Shown here one piece after another: positions 7,842 to 18,600 of a stretch of DNA of 36,183 bases; positions within the stretch are counted from its first letter, which is position 1, and the number at the start of each line of letters is the position of its first letter. Source of the stretch: a virus (taxonomy: Duplodnaviria > Heunggongvirae > Uroviricota > Caudoviricetes); IMG/VR virus record IMGVR_UViG_2737471857_000022; one strand, written 5' to 3'. A program made the position numbers and the translations under genes. The notes under the pieces were generated by a model that saw nothing but the letters and a program-made list of their open reading frames with translations, ran no database searches and was not told where the DNA came from.

Positions 7842-9749
7842 ATGAAACTGATTTCTAATAAGGCCAAATTAAAAAAGATTCTCAGAAATGCAGCCAAATA
7901 TATTACGCCACCGCCTAAACTCCTCCCTTCTGAATGGTGCGAAGCGAATATGGTGCTGGTAGATGGTCCTCAAGCTGGGGATAAAGTTAAATTGCTGTCA
8001 TTCCAGAAAGGCATGATTGATGCTCCTTTCCTTGAGAACAAGAAAAAGTATGTTCTGATGACCAGTGCGCAGATCGGAAAGACTACCATCCTGAACGGTA
8101 TCCTGTTTAACCAGATGGCTAACGATCCATGCAATATGATTATCGGACAATCAACCGCTAAAGAAATGTCTCAATATCTCGCGGGTAAGATCCGACCGTC
8201 CATCGAAGCATGTGATGCATTAAAAGACGTGGTTACAGACAAGAATGATCGCAATGCGGTTAACAACAATAACCAGCTACAGCTAAAAACGAATCACTTC
8301 CTGTACATGGTATCGCTTACCAGTCCATCAACCCTACGTGGTAAGACCGCAAAGGTTGGATTGCTTGACGAAATCGATGCTGCTACAGCCTCAGAAGAAG
8401 GTGATCCGGTGGCGCTGGCTGCTAACCGTTTAACTACCTTTGGCGATGAAGGTCGATTAGTCGTATCCAGTACCCCGACCAGTAAGCTCGGAAGCATTAA
8501 CCAGCAATGGTTATCAAGTGATATGCGTATGTTTTTTGTTCCGTGTCCTCATTGCGGTAGACACCAGGTGATCGAGTGGGAAAACGTACAGTTTGAATGG
8601 CGTAACATCGATGGTAAGAATTTACCCGATCCTGATACCGCTCGTTATATTTGCCCCCATTGTAAGAACGCATGGACAGAAGGGGAACGAATCAGGGCAG
8701 TAGCGCAAGGCGAGTGGAGAGCAACCCGTGAAAGTGAAGTAGCAGGATTCTGGATTAGCCGTCTGTATTCACCTTTCAGCACGATCCGCGCTTGTGTGGT
8801 TGATTTTAGTCATGCGTGGCAATCCTTTGATTTACAATCATTTTATAACACCGTGTTAGGCAAGGTATACGACGATCAGGACACGGCAGTAGAAGCAAAT
8901 GAACTGGAACAACTCAAAACAGATGTTTCTATCGAGAATATCCCTGATGACGTGATTTTCTTGTGTTCAGGAATCGACCAGCAATTGGACCGCGCAGAAT
9001 CTACCATCTTAGGTGTAGCGAAAGATAAGGTTTACATTCTGGATCACCGCAGCTTTTACGATCATAACTGTGAACGATATGAATCACCTGTTTGGGATCG
9101 TCTGGTTAACTTCAAGAAAACCAAATTCTATAACGTTAATGGTGAACGTGTGCCAATGCTCGCCAGCTTCCTTGATACATCGAACGGTCGATTCACTCAA
9201 GCCGGATACCGTATTTGTGGCAAGTGGAAGAACCTACACGCGATCAAAGGTAGTTCATCCGGTAATGCTCCAGTGATTCCGGTTAAACCTACCCGCACAG
9301 GTGGTCATGAATTGCTTATGTTGGGTGTTAACGTTGGGAAATCTGCTGTTCGTGAAATGCTGGTTAGAAACCTGAAAGACAATCCTCACATCGGCTTAGA
9401 AATATCAGAAACCGTTCCTGATGATTATCTCGATCAGCTTTTGAGTGAATCCATCAAGCGTACTACTACTGGCGTGCGTTGGGTGAAAAATCCAGGTAGT
9501 ACCCGAAACGAGGCTCTCGACTGTCTGGTTTATAGCTATGCTGCTTCTCGCTACGTCCTTTCAAAAATGTCATGGGATAAACTCATTGCAATGAAAGACA
9601 GCTTAAACCGTGTTGTCGAAGAACCCGTAAAAGCTCCTGAAACGCAATCTGACGAGCAAATCGAAGAAACTAAGCCAATCACACGACCACAACGTCAAAA
9701 CATCGCCAGACGTCCAAATAGAGGCCGTAGTTGGGTAACATCGTTCTAA
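7842..9749 (+). CDS. terminase large subunit, lambda GpA-like (635 aa)
   Basis: P-loop TSAQIGKT near residue 75, two Cys-x2-Cys pairs ([16 protein letters not shown]); size and position ahead of portal. Confidence 0.85.
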   Translation: MKLISNKAKLKKILRNAAKYITPPPKLLPSEWCEANMVLVDGPQAGDKVKLLSFQKGMIDAPFLENKKKYVLMTSAQIGKTTILNGILFNQMANDPCNMIIGQSTAKEMSQYLAGKIRPSIEACDALKDVVTDKNDRNAVNNNNQLQLKTNHFLYMVSLTSPSTLRGKTAKVGLLDEIDAATASEEGDPVALAANRLTTFGDEGRLVVSSTPTSKLGSINQQWLSSDMRMFFVPCPHCGRHQVIEWENVQFEWRNIDGKNLPDPDTARYICPHCKNAWTEGERIRAVAQGEWRATRESEVAGFWISRLYSPFSTIRACVVDFSHAWQSFDLQSFYNTVLGKVYDDQDTAVEANELEQLKTDVSIENIPDDVIFLCSGIDQQLDRAESTILGVAKDKVYILDHRSFYDHNCERYESPVWDRLVNFKKTKFYNVNGERVPMLASFLDTSNGRFTQAGYRICGKWKNLHAIKGSSSGNAPVIPVKPTRTGGHELLMLGVNVGKSAVREMLVRNLKDNPHIGLEISETVPDDYLDQLLSESIKRTTTGVRWVKNPGSTRNEALDCLVYSYAASRYVLSKMSWDKLIAMKDSLNRVVEEPVKAPETQSDEQIEETKPITRPQRQNIARRPNRGRSWVTSF

Positions 9750-9755
9750 TAACTC

Positions 9756-9773
9756 GCCGTCCTTCGGGGCGGC
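9756..9773 (+). other. stem-loop (GCCGTCC-TTCG-GGGCGGC) after the terminase gene, no clear T tract
   Basis: Inverted repeat with UUCG loop; possible RNA processing or attenuation site. Confidence 0.35.
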
Positions 9774-9821
9774 TTACTCCTAAATATTGTTAATCCAATA
9801 ACAATTAAATAAGGGGTAATT

Positions 9822-10316
9822 ATGAGTTTAGAACTAATTCCCTTAGTAATTCGTAAAGGCGAAAAAGTCACGCTGGCGAATGAAGAGGGTGTAACAATTC
9901 AGGTAGGAAATAGTAAAGGTATCATTTATCAGGTTGATGATTCTCCGGCTAATCACGAGATTAAAACCTTAGATTTTGCCGAAGGTAAATATACCATCGT
10001 AACAACTTTGGAAGATGAACTGGTATCAATGCAGGAATTAACTGTTTTGCCAGTATTCGCCAAACAATCCAAAAAAGAATATCTGCGGGAAACTATCGCC
10101 AAAATCGAGCAAGTTATTTTCGCCCGTTTATCTGGGGACGAAGCCGCATTATCTCAAATGACAGTGAAAGGGAATACTTTCGTTTATGAGTCATTAGGTG
10201 TTCTCCAGACTCTAAAAGTCGATTATGAACGTCAGTTATCAAAATTAATTCAAGCCGAACGACGTAAACAGGGAATTAGCCCGATTAAAAATATTAAAGT
10301 ACGTCTTACGCGATAA
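9822..10316 (+). CDS. hypothetical head-associated protein (164 aa) in the lambda W position
   Basis: ORF with TAAGGGGTAAT SD context between terminase and portal. Confidence 0.6.
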   Translation: MSLELIPLVIRKGEKVTLANEEGVTIQVGNSKGIIYQVDDSPANHEIKTLDFAEGKYTIVTTLEDELVSMQELTVLPVFAKQSKKEYLRETIAKIEQVIFARLSGDEAALSQMTVKGNTFVYESLGVLQTLKVDYERQLSKLIQAERRKQGISPIKNIKVRLTR

Positions 10317-10326
10317 GGGGTAAATC

Positions 10327-11835
10327 ATGTTTAATCTTTTTCGACGCAAAAAGGTGGTAGAAACTCCAGTTAAAACTAATCACCGCCAGCAACAAAAATT
10401 ATTCATCAACAAATCTGTAGAAAAATACCAGAATGACCTGAATAAACGAAGTTTAGGATTGGTGGGTGATCGCATTGATGGATCGCTTCAACAAGATACT
10501 ATCACAGGAACCTTCAATAAGGCTCTTAAATCGAACGCTAAACGCCTTTATGATCAGGGTCGTACTCTGGCCTTAAACACTGCTGTAGGCAGTCGCTACA
10601 CGCAATACATAACCGATATGGTGGTTGGTACTGGCCTAGATCCGAAACCATCTATGGTTAAATCAAACGGGAAACTTGATAGCGCACTGAATAAGCAGAT
10701 CGAGAATGCTTTCTGGAAGTGGGCGCAGAATGCTAAACGCTTCTCTCGTAATGGTCGCTTTAACTTCCGTGAATTGCTGGTAATGGCTGAACGTGAGCGC
10801 GTTATGGGTGGTGAGTGCTTCATCGTTTTAACTAAAGAAAACAATGAGTTAAACGTTTCTATCCTGTCTGCTGATAAGTGCGACTGGACGCTCAACCGTG
10901 AAGTTAGTAAAGACCGCGCGATATATCAAGGTGTGGAGTATGACGTAGAGACAATGCGCCCTGTTGCATACTGGTTTCGTAAAATCAACCTACTGACTCA
11001 GACCTACACTGGTGATAACTATCGCGTAGATGCTTCTCAAGTATGCCATTATTATCAACCACTTGCGGCTGAATCTCTTCGTGGTGTGACTGACTTCCTG
11101 CCAGTGATTAAGGACATTGCTCATCAAGACGCATTCCGCGAAGCAGTTTTAATACAGAAGAGAATCGCAGCTACAGCAATGGGTTTTATCGAGCGCCCGA
11201 AAGATTCCGGTGACGATTTTGATACTGGTGAAGATGAAGACCAATATCAAGCGCCGGACGTTATTCACGATTTCGCGCCCGGTACTATTCAGGAACTGCC
11301 GGAAGGGGCAACGATCAAGAGTATTCAGAGCAACCAAAGCGGCGACGACTTTAACAGCTTTAACAGTGGAATGTTCACGAGTATCGCAATGGGATTGGGC
11401 GTGTTCAATCAGGGCTTAACTGGTGATACTAGCCAGATCAACTACAGCGCTGCACGCTTTGGGGAACTACTTCAACGTAACCGCGTTAAAGCACTGCAAA
11501 ACAAATTAATTGAAACGGTGGTATTGCCAATTTTCGAAGCGTATCTGCGTCATTATTCCGCGCGTGGTGTTGTTCCGATTCGTATTACTGCAATCCCGCA
11601 TGTTATCGATAATACAACTATTATTAGACCACGTTTCGAGTCCGTTGACGTCAATAAAGATGTGAGCGCCGATATTGCTTTAATTGATAAAGGACTTAAA
11701 TCACGTACTGCTGTTATTCTTGAACGTGGTGATGATCCTGAAAAAGTATTCTCAGAGATTCAAGCCGAAAAAAGCGCACTAAATATTATCGTTAATGGCG
11801 AGAGCAAGGATAACCCTTCTCAAGCCGATCCCTAA
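10327..11835 (+). CDS. portal protein, lambda gpB-like (502 aa)
   Basis: Position after terminase, size, acidic Asp/Glu-rich segment; TAAGGGGTAAA SD. Confidence 0.8.
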   Translation: MFNLFRRKKVVETPVKTNHRQQQKLFINKSVEKYQNDLNKRSLGLVGDRIDGSLQQDTITGTFNKALKSNAKRLYDQGRTLALNTAVGSRYTQYITDMVVGTGLDPKPSMVKSNGKLDSALNKQIENAFWKWAQNAKRFSRNGRFNFRELLVMAERERVMGGECFIVLTKENNELNVSILSADKCDWTLNREVSKDRAIYQGVEYDVETMRPVAYWFRKINLLTQTYTGDNYRVDASQVCHYYQPLAAESLRGVTDFLPVIKDIAHQDAFREAVLIQKRIAATAMGFIERPKDSGDDFDTGEDEDQYQAPDVIHDFAPGTIQELPEGATIKSIQSNQSGDDFNSFNSGMFTSIAMGLGVFNQGLTGDTSQINYSAARFGELLQRNRVKALQNKLIETVVLPIFEAYLRHYSARGVVPIRITAIPHVIDNTTIIRPRFESVDVNKDVSADIALIDKGLKSRTAVILERGDDPEKVFSEIQAEKSALNIIVNGESKDNPSQADP

Positions 11836-11843
11836 TAACCAAC

Positions 11844-11860
11844 GGGGGCGCAATGCCCCC
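11844..11860 (+). other. stem-loop GGGGGC-GCAAT-GCCCCC after the portal gene
   Basis: Perfect 6-bp GC stem; no T tract. Confidence 0.35.
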
Positions 11861-11880
11861 AATTAATTAAAGGTGATTAA

Positions 11881-13884
11881 ATGCTTAAATTTCGCCGCGA
11901 TCTTAACGGTTACGGTGGAGTTATTAACGAAGGGCATAACGATCAATACGAATTTGAAATTGCTTTCTCAAGTACACAGCCTTATCAGCGCCAATTTTGG
12001 GATGAGCAAAATCAAGAAATGGTGGTATTAGATGAAATTCTGGTACATACACCGGAAGCGGTTGATCTGTCTCGTCTGAATAATAACGCTCCGTTGCTGT
12101 TCAATCATAATTTCGATAATCACATTGGTGTAGTCTGCGACGCTCGAATCGATGCGGATAACGTAGGCCGTGCTCTGGTTAAATTCTCTAAGCATGGCAC
12201 TTTGGCTAATGATATTCGCAATAAAGTCATTGAAGGTACGATGGAAAAAATTTCTGTCGGTTATGACATTAAAGAATATCACATCGACTACACCAAAGGG
12301 CAATTGATTGTTACTAAGTGGGCGCCTTTTGAAATTTCATTTGTGACGGTTCCCGCAGACGATTCGGTCGGTTTAAATCGCTCTCTAAATACTATCACAG
12401 TTAATTTGGGGGCTAAACGCGATATGACTAAAGAACAAATCGAAGAAATCAAAGAAGAACAAGAACCCGCTCAGGTTGAAGAAACTCCGGTAGAAGAAAA
12501 TAAAGAACCGAAAGTTGAAGAAACTCAAGAGCGCCAAGTTGAAGAGAATAAAGAAGATGAAAATCTCGAAGACGGAAAAGACGCTAAACATCCTGAAAGT
12601 GTTGATGATGATAGTTCAACTGTTCGGGAAACAGAAGAAGTAAAAGAAGAACGTGAAGCCGCTCCGGTTGAAGAAGAAAAAACCGAAGAAGTGGCTGAAC
12701 GTTCCGAAGAAGACGAAGAAGAAATCCGAGCAATCGCGCGGGAACTAAATATTGACGACGAAGAATTGAAACGCGCATTGGCAATTAAAGACATGACGCC
12801 GGAAGCATTCCGCACTAAGGCACTAAATAATCTCGTCAATGCTCAACGTAATAACGAACAAATTAAGGACTCTAAAATGGAAAAAACTTTTGACCTGAAC
12901 AACGTAATTCGCTCTCTGGTAGATGGTGAAGCTCTGGGTGCTAACGAAGCCGAGTTTTCTGCAATGGCTGCTACTGCAACTATGCAGCGTGGTCGTGCTG
13001 CTCGCGGTGGCTCTGTATTCGTTCCGACTGCTGCTATGCGTGCTGCTGCTGATGGTAACACCAAAGCTACTCTGACCGCTGTAACCGACGAAAAACTGCT
13101 GAATGATTCCTATGTAGCGATGCTGTTGCCGGAATCCGTTCTGGGTCGTCTTGGTGTGAAAGTCCTGTCTGGTCTGACTTCGCCGACCGCTATTCCTAAA
13201 ATGACCGCTTCCAGCGTTGAATCTTTCGGCTTCGTTGATGAAAACGGTGCTGCGCCGGAAGGTAAAGCTGAATTTGCAAACGTGAAAATGGCTCCTAAGA
13301 CGTTTGCTGGTGGGAATCCGATCAGCAGAGCTAGCCTCAAGACCGTACCCGGCATCGCTACCCTGATCACTGATCACATTAACCAGGCTGTTCGCATCAA
13401 ACTGGAACAACTGATTCTGTCCGACAAAGAAAATGCTCGTGGTCCGGCTGGTGTGATTAAACAACTGGTAGATGCTGGTCGCGTAGAGAAGAAAGCTGCT
13501 TTCTCTTATAAAGACTTCCTGAAAGAAATTGCTAAACTGACCGACGCTGGCGTTCCTGCTCAGGCGATCAAGTTTGCAATGAGCGGTGCAACTGCTGCTG
13601 AACTGGAATCTACCCTGAAAGATAACGGTGTTTCCGGTTATATCATCGAAAACGGTAAACTGGCTGGTTACGACGTAGTTACTTCTGGTGTTATTCCGGT
13701 AGACCACATCGTTCTGGGATCGTTCGACGCTATTACCATCGGTGAATGGGGTGGTCTGGAACTTGACATTGATGACACTACCTACCGCGCACAGTCTGCT
13801 ATCGTTCCGCGTATCTGGGTAGATCTGGATTACGTTGTAACCCAGCCGGAAGCGCTGAAAGTTCTTCACATCTCCGCTGAATGA
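11881..13884 (+). CDS. single polypeptide fusing prohead protease (HK97 gp4-like), acidic scaffold/delta linker and HK97-fold major capsid protein (667 aa)
   Basis: N-terminal 170 aa carry protease-like motifs (LLFNHNFDNHIG, ISVGYDIKEY, EISFVTVPADD). Residues about 180-300 are Glu/Lys-rich low complexity. The C-terminal 340 aa are capsid-like. Confidence 0.8.
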   Translation: MLKFRRDLNGYGGVINEGHNDQYEFEIAFSSTQPYQRQFWDEQNQEMVVLDEILVHTPEAVDLSRLNNNAPLLFNHNFDNHIGVVCDARIDADNVGRALVKFSKHGTLANDIRNKVIEGTMEKISVGYDIKEYHIDYTKGQLIVTKWAPFEISFVTVPADDSVGLNRSLNTITVNLGAKRDMTKEQIEEIKEEQEPAQVEETPVEENKEPKVEETQERQVEENKEDENLEDGKDAKHPESVDDDSSTVRETEEVKEEREAAPVEEEKTEEVAERSEEDEEEIRAIARELNIDDEELKRALAIKDMTPEAFRTKALNNLVNAQRNNEQIKDSKMEKTFDLNNVIRSLVDGEALGANEAEFSAMAATATMQRGRAARGGSVFVPTAAMRAAADGNTKATLTAVTDEKLLNDSYVAMLLPESVLGRLGVKVLSGLTSPTAIPKMTASSVESFGFVDENGAAPEGKAEFANVKMAPKTFAGGNPISRASLKTVPGIATLITDHINQAVRIKLEQLILSDKENARGPAGVIKQLVDAGRVEKKAAFSYKDFLKEIAKLTDAGVPAQAIKFAMSGATAAELESTLKDNGVSGYIIENGKLAGYDVVTSGVIPVDHIVLGSFDAITIGEWGGLELDIDDTTYRAQSAIVPRIWVDLDYVVTQPEALKVLHISAE

Positions 13885-13905
13885 ACTCCTGTAGAACCAT
13901 CTGAA

Positions 13906-13927
13906 CCTTCCCCCAAATCGGGGGAAG
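13906..13927 (+). other. perfect hairpin CTTCCCCC-AAAT-CGGGGGAAG, 22 nt after the capsid TGA stop
   Basis: 8-bp stem; lies inside an in-frame stop-free stretch following the capsid stop codon. Confidence 0.45.
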
Positions 13928-14018
13928 AAAATCTGATTCCTAAACCGGAAGAAGAATCCCAGACGGTTACGGCGAAAGCCACAGTTAAAAAACAGCGTAA
14001 AACTAAAGAATAATAATT

Positions 14019-14046
14019 AGCCCTGCCTAACGGTGGGGCTTTTTTG
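14019..14046 (+). terminator. terminator-like hairpin plus T6 after the capsid gene
   Basis: AGCCC...GGGGCT followed by TTTTTTG. Confidence 0.5.
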
Positions 14047-14075
14047 TATGTAAATACTCCATAAAGGGGGTAACT

Positions 14076-14366
14076 ATGTTCAAATTATCAGAATCACAAT
14101 TATCAAGAATGTTTAAGAGTGCTCCTGTATTTTCGGTGGAAGGTGGTAAATCAATTCGTGCTTATCATGAAATTACTACTACCGACGAACAAGGGGTAAT
14201 GACAGAAACAGAATTTCTATTTTGTCGTGAGGGAGACTTAAAGCAAGGTGATATTGTCATTGTAGAAAATCAGCGTTTCAAAGTTCAATACGTTAAGCGC
14301 AATGGTGACAATACTTGTGATTGCTTTATCACTTTAGCAGGGGGTACACATGCTCGCTACCGTTAA
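14076..14366 (+). CDS. head-tail joining protein, lambda FII-like (96 aa)
   Basis: C-terminal LKQGDIVIVENQRFKVQYVKRNGDNTCDCFITLAG resembles lambda FII (LRRGDTLTIGEENFWVDRVSPDDGGSCHLWLG, recalled). Confidence 0.55.
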   Translation: MFKLSESQLSRMFKSAPVFSVEGGKSIRAYHEITTTDEQGVMTETEFLFCREGDLKQGDIVIVENQRFKVQYVKRNGDNTCDCFITLAGGTHARYR

Positions 14367-14772
14367 TAATATGCCGAGACTGAAAATCAAACGCGCCTTG
14401 CAAGATATTATCGAACAAGATTTAGGTCTGGCTTTAAACGTAGAACAAACTCAGCAAGGCTTTAGTGATGACGTGGTTTGTTGGATTACTGGCATGAATG
14501 AAACTTATACGCGTGTTCGTGGTGGTAATGCAATGCAAGCTGAATGCGTTATCGAAATGCAGTTATATTCTCAGATTCATGAAACGAAAATTCATGAGGG
14601 TATTTGCCAGATAATCCAGATTCAGCCAGATAACCCACGATTTAAAGATTTGGGCTTCTCTATTTCAGATATCACTCCAGTAGCTTCTAATACCGATTAT
14701 GACGATGATTCTAGTGATGGGGGTATCGTTGGGACACTTAGCCTTAAATTTTCTTATCTAGCGCGTTTTTAA
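14350..14772 (+). CDS. tail terminator, lambda gpU-like (140 aa)
   Basis: GGGGG SD; DVVCWITGMNETYT...QAECVIEMQL and C-terminal DYDDDSSDG resemble gpU (recalled). Confidence 0.5.
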   Translation: MLATVNNMPRLKIKRALQDIIEQDLGLALNVEQTQQGFSDDVVCWITGMNETYTRVRGGNAMQAECVIEMQLYSQIHETKIHEGICQIIQIQPDNPRFKDLGFSISDITPVASNTDYDDDSSDGGIVGTLSLKFSYLARF

Positions 14773-14781
14773 GGGGTAATA

Positions 14782-15615
14782 ATGAATATTACACAAGATA
14801 ACTTAGACATTTTCACGGGGTCGCATGTTGAAGTCTCCGTGTCTACTATGGTGGATAACCAGCCGGACTTTTTCGATCCTGCATTTAGTCCTATCGAGAA
14901 CATCGCAGCATTCCCGACGATAACCGAATCCACAGAGATCCAGACGTTAGAAGAGTATGATCAGGACGCTACTGGTAAACTTGCTGGCTATCGTAAACTT
15001 GAATCAACTACGTTAGTAGTAAACCGTGTTCTGGATGACGAACATCAAGACATGTTGATGAAAGCGGTGAATGATAAAACTCCTTTACGCTTTCGTATGT
15101 TCTATGTTGTGAACTCTGGTTACAGTGCTGCTAACACAGGTTACTACGTCATTTTTGACGCTTATGTCTCGTCACATAAAACAAAATCCGGTGATAACAA
15201 AGTTACTACAATCGAGTTTAAATTAGAACCTGATGGCGGGATTCTAGATCGCGGTATTGCTACCGAAGGCCGGATCTTACGTCAGGGTGATTTTGGTTTG
15301 GGTGCTGGTGTAAATCCATTCACGGGTCCGATTGATAGCGAAGCATTAGCCGGAAACCGTTTCGTAACCTATCAGGGATCGAGCGCATCTAACCCATTTA
15401 GTGCTGATACTTCACTAATTCACGTTCAACCTAATGAAGATGGTGGATGGCAATTAACTTGCACCGCTTCTGGTGCACCACGTTTACGAGTTCGCACAGT
15501 CCAGAAAGACGGTAATTCTGGATGGGTGAAATTGTATTCCACAGAAGAAAAACCGACACCAGCCGAGATTGAAGCCGTTTCTATCCATGACCGGATCGAT
15601 TTCGGGGAATACTGA
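14782..15615 (+). CDS. tail-tube paralogue with about 110 aa C-terminal extension (277 aa); candidate fibre-attachment collar/ring protein
   Basis: N-terminal 165 aa align with CDS 20097..20567 (DIFTGS/DIFSGG, IAAFP/CAAFP, KLAGY.../KLVGR...). C-terminus has KPTPAEIEAVS, also found in the fibre. Confidence 0.6.
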   Translation: MNITQDNLDIFTGSHVEVSVSTMVDNQPDFFDPAFSPIENIAAFPTITESTEIQTLEEYDQDATGKLAGYRKLESTTLVVNRVLDDEHQDMLMKAVNDKTPLRFRMFYVVNSGYSAANTGYYVIFDAYVSSHKTKSGDNKVTTIEFKLEPDGGILDRGIATEGRILRQGDFGLGAGVNPFTGPIDSEALAGNRFVTYQGSSASNPFSADTSLIHVQPNEDGGWQLTCTASGAPRLRVRTVQKDGNSGWVKLYSTEEKPTPAEIEAVSIHDRIDFGEY

Positions 15616-15640
15616 TTGCTTCTCTAAATAAAACATGACG

Positions 15641-15672
15641 GGGAGGTTAACGCCTCCCTTATTCCTGTTTTA
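15641..15672 (+). terminator. rho-independent terminator (GGGAGG-TTAACG-CCTCCC plus T-rich tract)
   Basis: Perfect 6-bp stem followed by TTATTCCTGTTTT. Confidence 0.55.
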
Positions 15673-15686
15673 TGTGAGGTGATTAG

Positions 15687-18600
15687 ATGCAATCAATCCA
15701 ATTTAAACGAACTAATGTTTCTGGCAAAAAACCAACGCCGGAACAATTACAGGTCGGTGAGGTAGCAATCAACCTTAAAGACCATGTTATTTTTACCAAA
15801 GACCGAGATCATGAAGTAGTTCAAATCTCTGTTTCTCCTGAAACTCACGCGGCACTAGAATCTAAAGTTGATGCTAACAAACAAGAACTAGATAGCACAA
15901 TTGCAGTAAATGACCGCAATATTCACGCTAAAGTAGATGAAATTAAACAAACTACTGATGCAACCATCGCAGCAAATCACGCAGAAATTAACAATAAAGT
16001 TGATGTAATTAAACGCGAAACCGACGCGACAATCGAGGCCAATAAAAATAAAGCTGCTTCCGACCTTGCTGGTGTTAAAGCTGAATTGTCGGATACCATC
16101 AACGCTAATAAAAATGCGGCTGCTGTAGCAACTCAGGAACTGGACACCCGCATCAATAAAAAAGTTGATGATATTAAATCCCGCACCGATGCAACCATCG
16201 CAAGCAATGACAAAGCAATCAATGACAAGGTTGATTTGATTAAGGCAGAAACTGACCGCACTATCGCAGCAAATAAAGTCTATGCGGAAAATCAGTTAAC
16301 TGACACCTACAATAACCTTACTGGTGTGATTGCAGCCAATAAGCAAGAGGCAGCGGATAACGTCGCAGCATTAACCCGTGATGTTGAAGCCAAAAATACA
16401 GCAATTCATAGCAAAATTGACAACAACAAGGTTTACACTGATTCTGAATTGGCACGCTTAGAAAGCCGTATTGATGCAGCCGATGGATCTGCTGATGGCA
16501 AGTACATCAAAAAACACGTAAACACTTATACTGATGGTTATTTGCTGTCTAAGACCGCAAACTATTTTGATGATCCAAGTGCGCGTAATCTTGATTACTT
16601 TGGTGCATTCCGTATGAATGACCTAGCGGGTCATATTGCTTTAGCGTTACATGTTCCGCATCCATCCGGCGTTAATCATGCTCGTGGTTTTGAGTTCACT
16701 TATGGGTCTAATCCACATGCTACGGTAAGAACATACGGCTATGATGAATTGGGTCATTTGGCATATTCTCACCGCATGTATCATGAAGGTGATAAACCTA
16801 CTCCGGCTGAAATTGGCGCATATTCGAAAGCAGAAATTGACCGCCTGTTCCAGAAGACGCTTAATTTTGGTATCGAGGGCGGTTGGTTTAAACTAGGCAC
16901 TTTGACAATGCCACAGCAACACGGTCGCACCGCTAAGATCCGTTTGGTTGGTGGTAACGGTTATAACGTCGGGATGAATGGACAAGCCAATATTATCGAA
17001 TTGGTGATTCGATGCGGCAACAATAGCCCGAAAGGTGTTGTATTCAATGCTTATTATAGCATCTGGTATCACGAACAACATTTTTGTGCAATTCCTACCG
17101 ATGGTGATAATTACGATCTTTACGCTTACTATGGTGCACATACAGGATTTGTTTTAGCAGAATATCAAGTTTCTTCCGGTGGTGTTTCTTTAAACCTGTT
17201 GGATACTCCTGAATACCTGGGCGGTGAAAAACCTGTTGCAGATGAAATTTTTGATGCTCTTAACATTTCATCGTTCAATAACTTTAGCAACCGTGGAACG
17301 TTAAATTTTGGCGGAAACCATCAAGGCCAATATGATATTGAGCATTTGAACGAACAACAAACAAATGCTAAAAAGATGTTGCGTCGCTTCCGTAGTTCTG
17401 CTCCTGCCACTATCTGGCATGAAACTGTTGATGATAACGCATATCGTCTTGCTACTGGATACGAAGATACAAATCAGGAATTATTACTGACAGCAACAAC
17501 CGGATTACATATCAAGAAATTAACATTGGATGGCGGTGTTGGTGGAAATTCTGGTATTGATATTCGTCGAGGACCAAATGAAGCAAGCCATTTTAATTTC
17601 ATGGATTATCGCACTGGTCAAGATGTTCGTAATGGCTGGTTTGGTTTTGGTGACGGTCAGACGAAAGATTTTATTTGGTGGAACGATAACGGTCAAAACT
17701 CAATCAACCTGATCGAAAACGGTGAATTGCATATTACTGGTGGTAAAGGCCAGAAAATTGTAATGAATAGCGAAGTTGCATTGTCTGAAAATGCTCGTTT
17801 GGCTGTCAAAGGCGGTAACTATGGTTTGATTTTACGCAATGATGGTTCTGGTTTCCATATTCTTACTACCAATTTAAAAGATTCTTTTGGTAGTTGGAAT
17901 AATCGCAGACCATTCAGTTATGATTTTGCGGACGGTGGATTATATTTAGGTGGTACTGAAACCGCTCGGTGTTTACATCTGGGGATTGATGGTAGCACTC
18001 GTCTTGAAGACAACCTGTTCTTTAAAGCTGGTTCTCGTCAATCTATGGACTATATGGAACTCGTCCATTGGGGGGCAAGCAATACAGGTCGAAATAACGT
18101 TTTAAGTCTTCGTGACTCAAAAGGATTTTTCGCAGAATTTGAAAGATTGGGTGATAATACCATTAAAAACTCCTTCTTTGGTAAACTTAAAATTAATCGC
18201 GGATCTGATGCAATTATCATGAATGCCGAAAGTGGTGATTCTTCTGTATATTTGTTGGGTACGTGTGCTGATAACAATAATTGGTATATCGGTAAAGGCG
18301 GCGCTGATAATGGATTGGCGTTCTATAGTTATGCTACTAATGCTGCTGTAAACATTACAAACGCGGGGGATATCGCTCTAAGTCCAAAAGGCATCGAAAT
18401 GACTCATGTCAATAACGTTCGATTCTATGTTCATGGTGAACGTTGGACTGCTAGCCAATCTGGAGGTTGGAACGACCAGTGGGGATTAGAAGCGCCGATA
18501 TTTGTCGATCATGGTTATGTTTCACCGGACTGTTATTACCCAATTATTAAAGGAAGAAGTTTAATCACCAATCAAGGGTATACAACTGCCGTCGATTTTG

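Noticed and set aside
12823-13869. 348-aa minus-strand ORF (and smaller ones) inside the capsid gene
   Set aside because: Antisense to a strongly supported, RBS-preceded capsid ORF; translation is low-complexity and has no start context.
13882-13930. Selenocysteine insertion at the capsid TGA directed by the downstream hairpin
   Set aside because: The hairpin starts about 22 nt after the stop and lacks the spacing and loop features of bacterial SECIS elements; plain low-level readthrough or coincidence is more likely.
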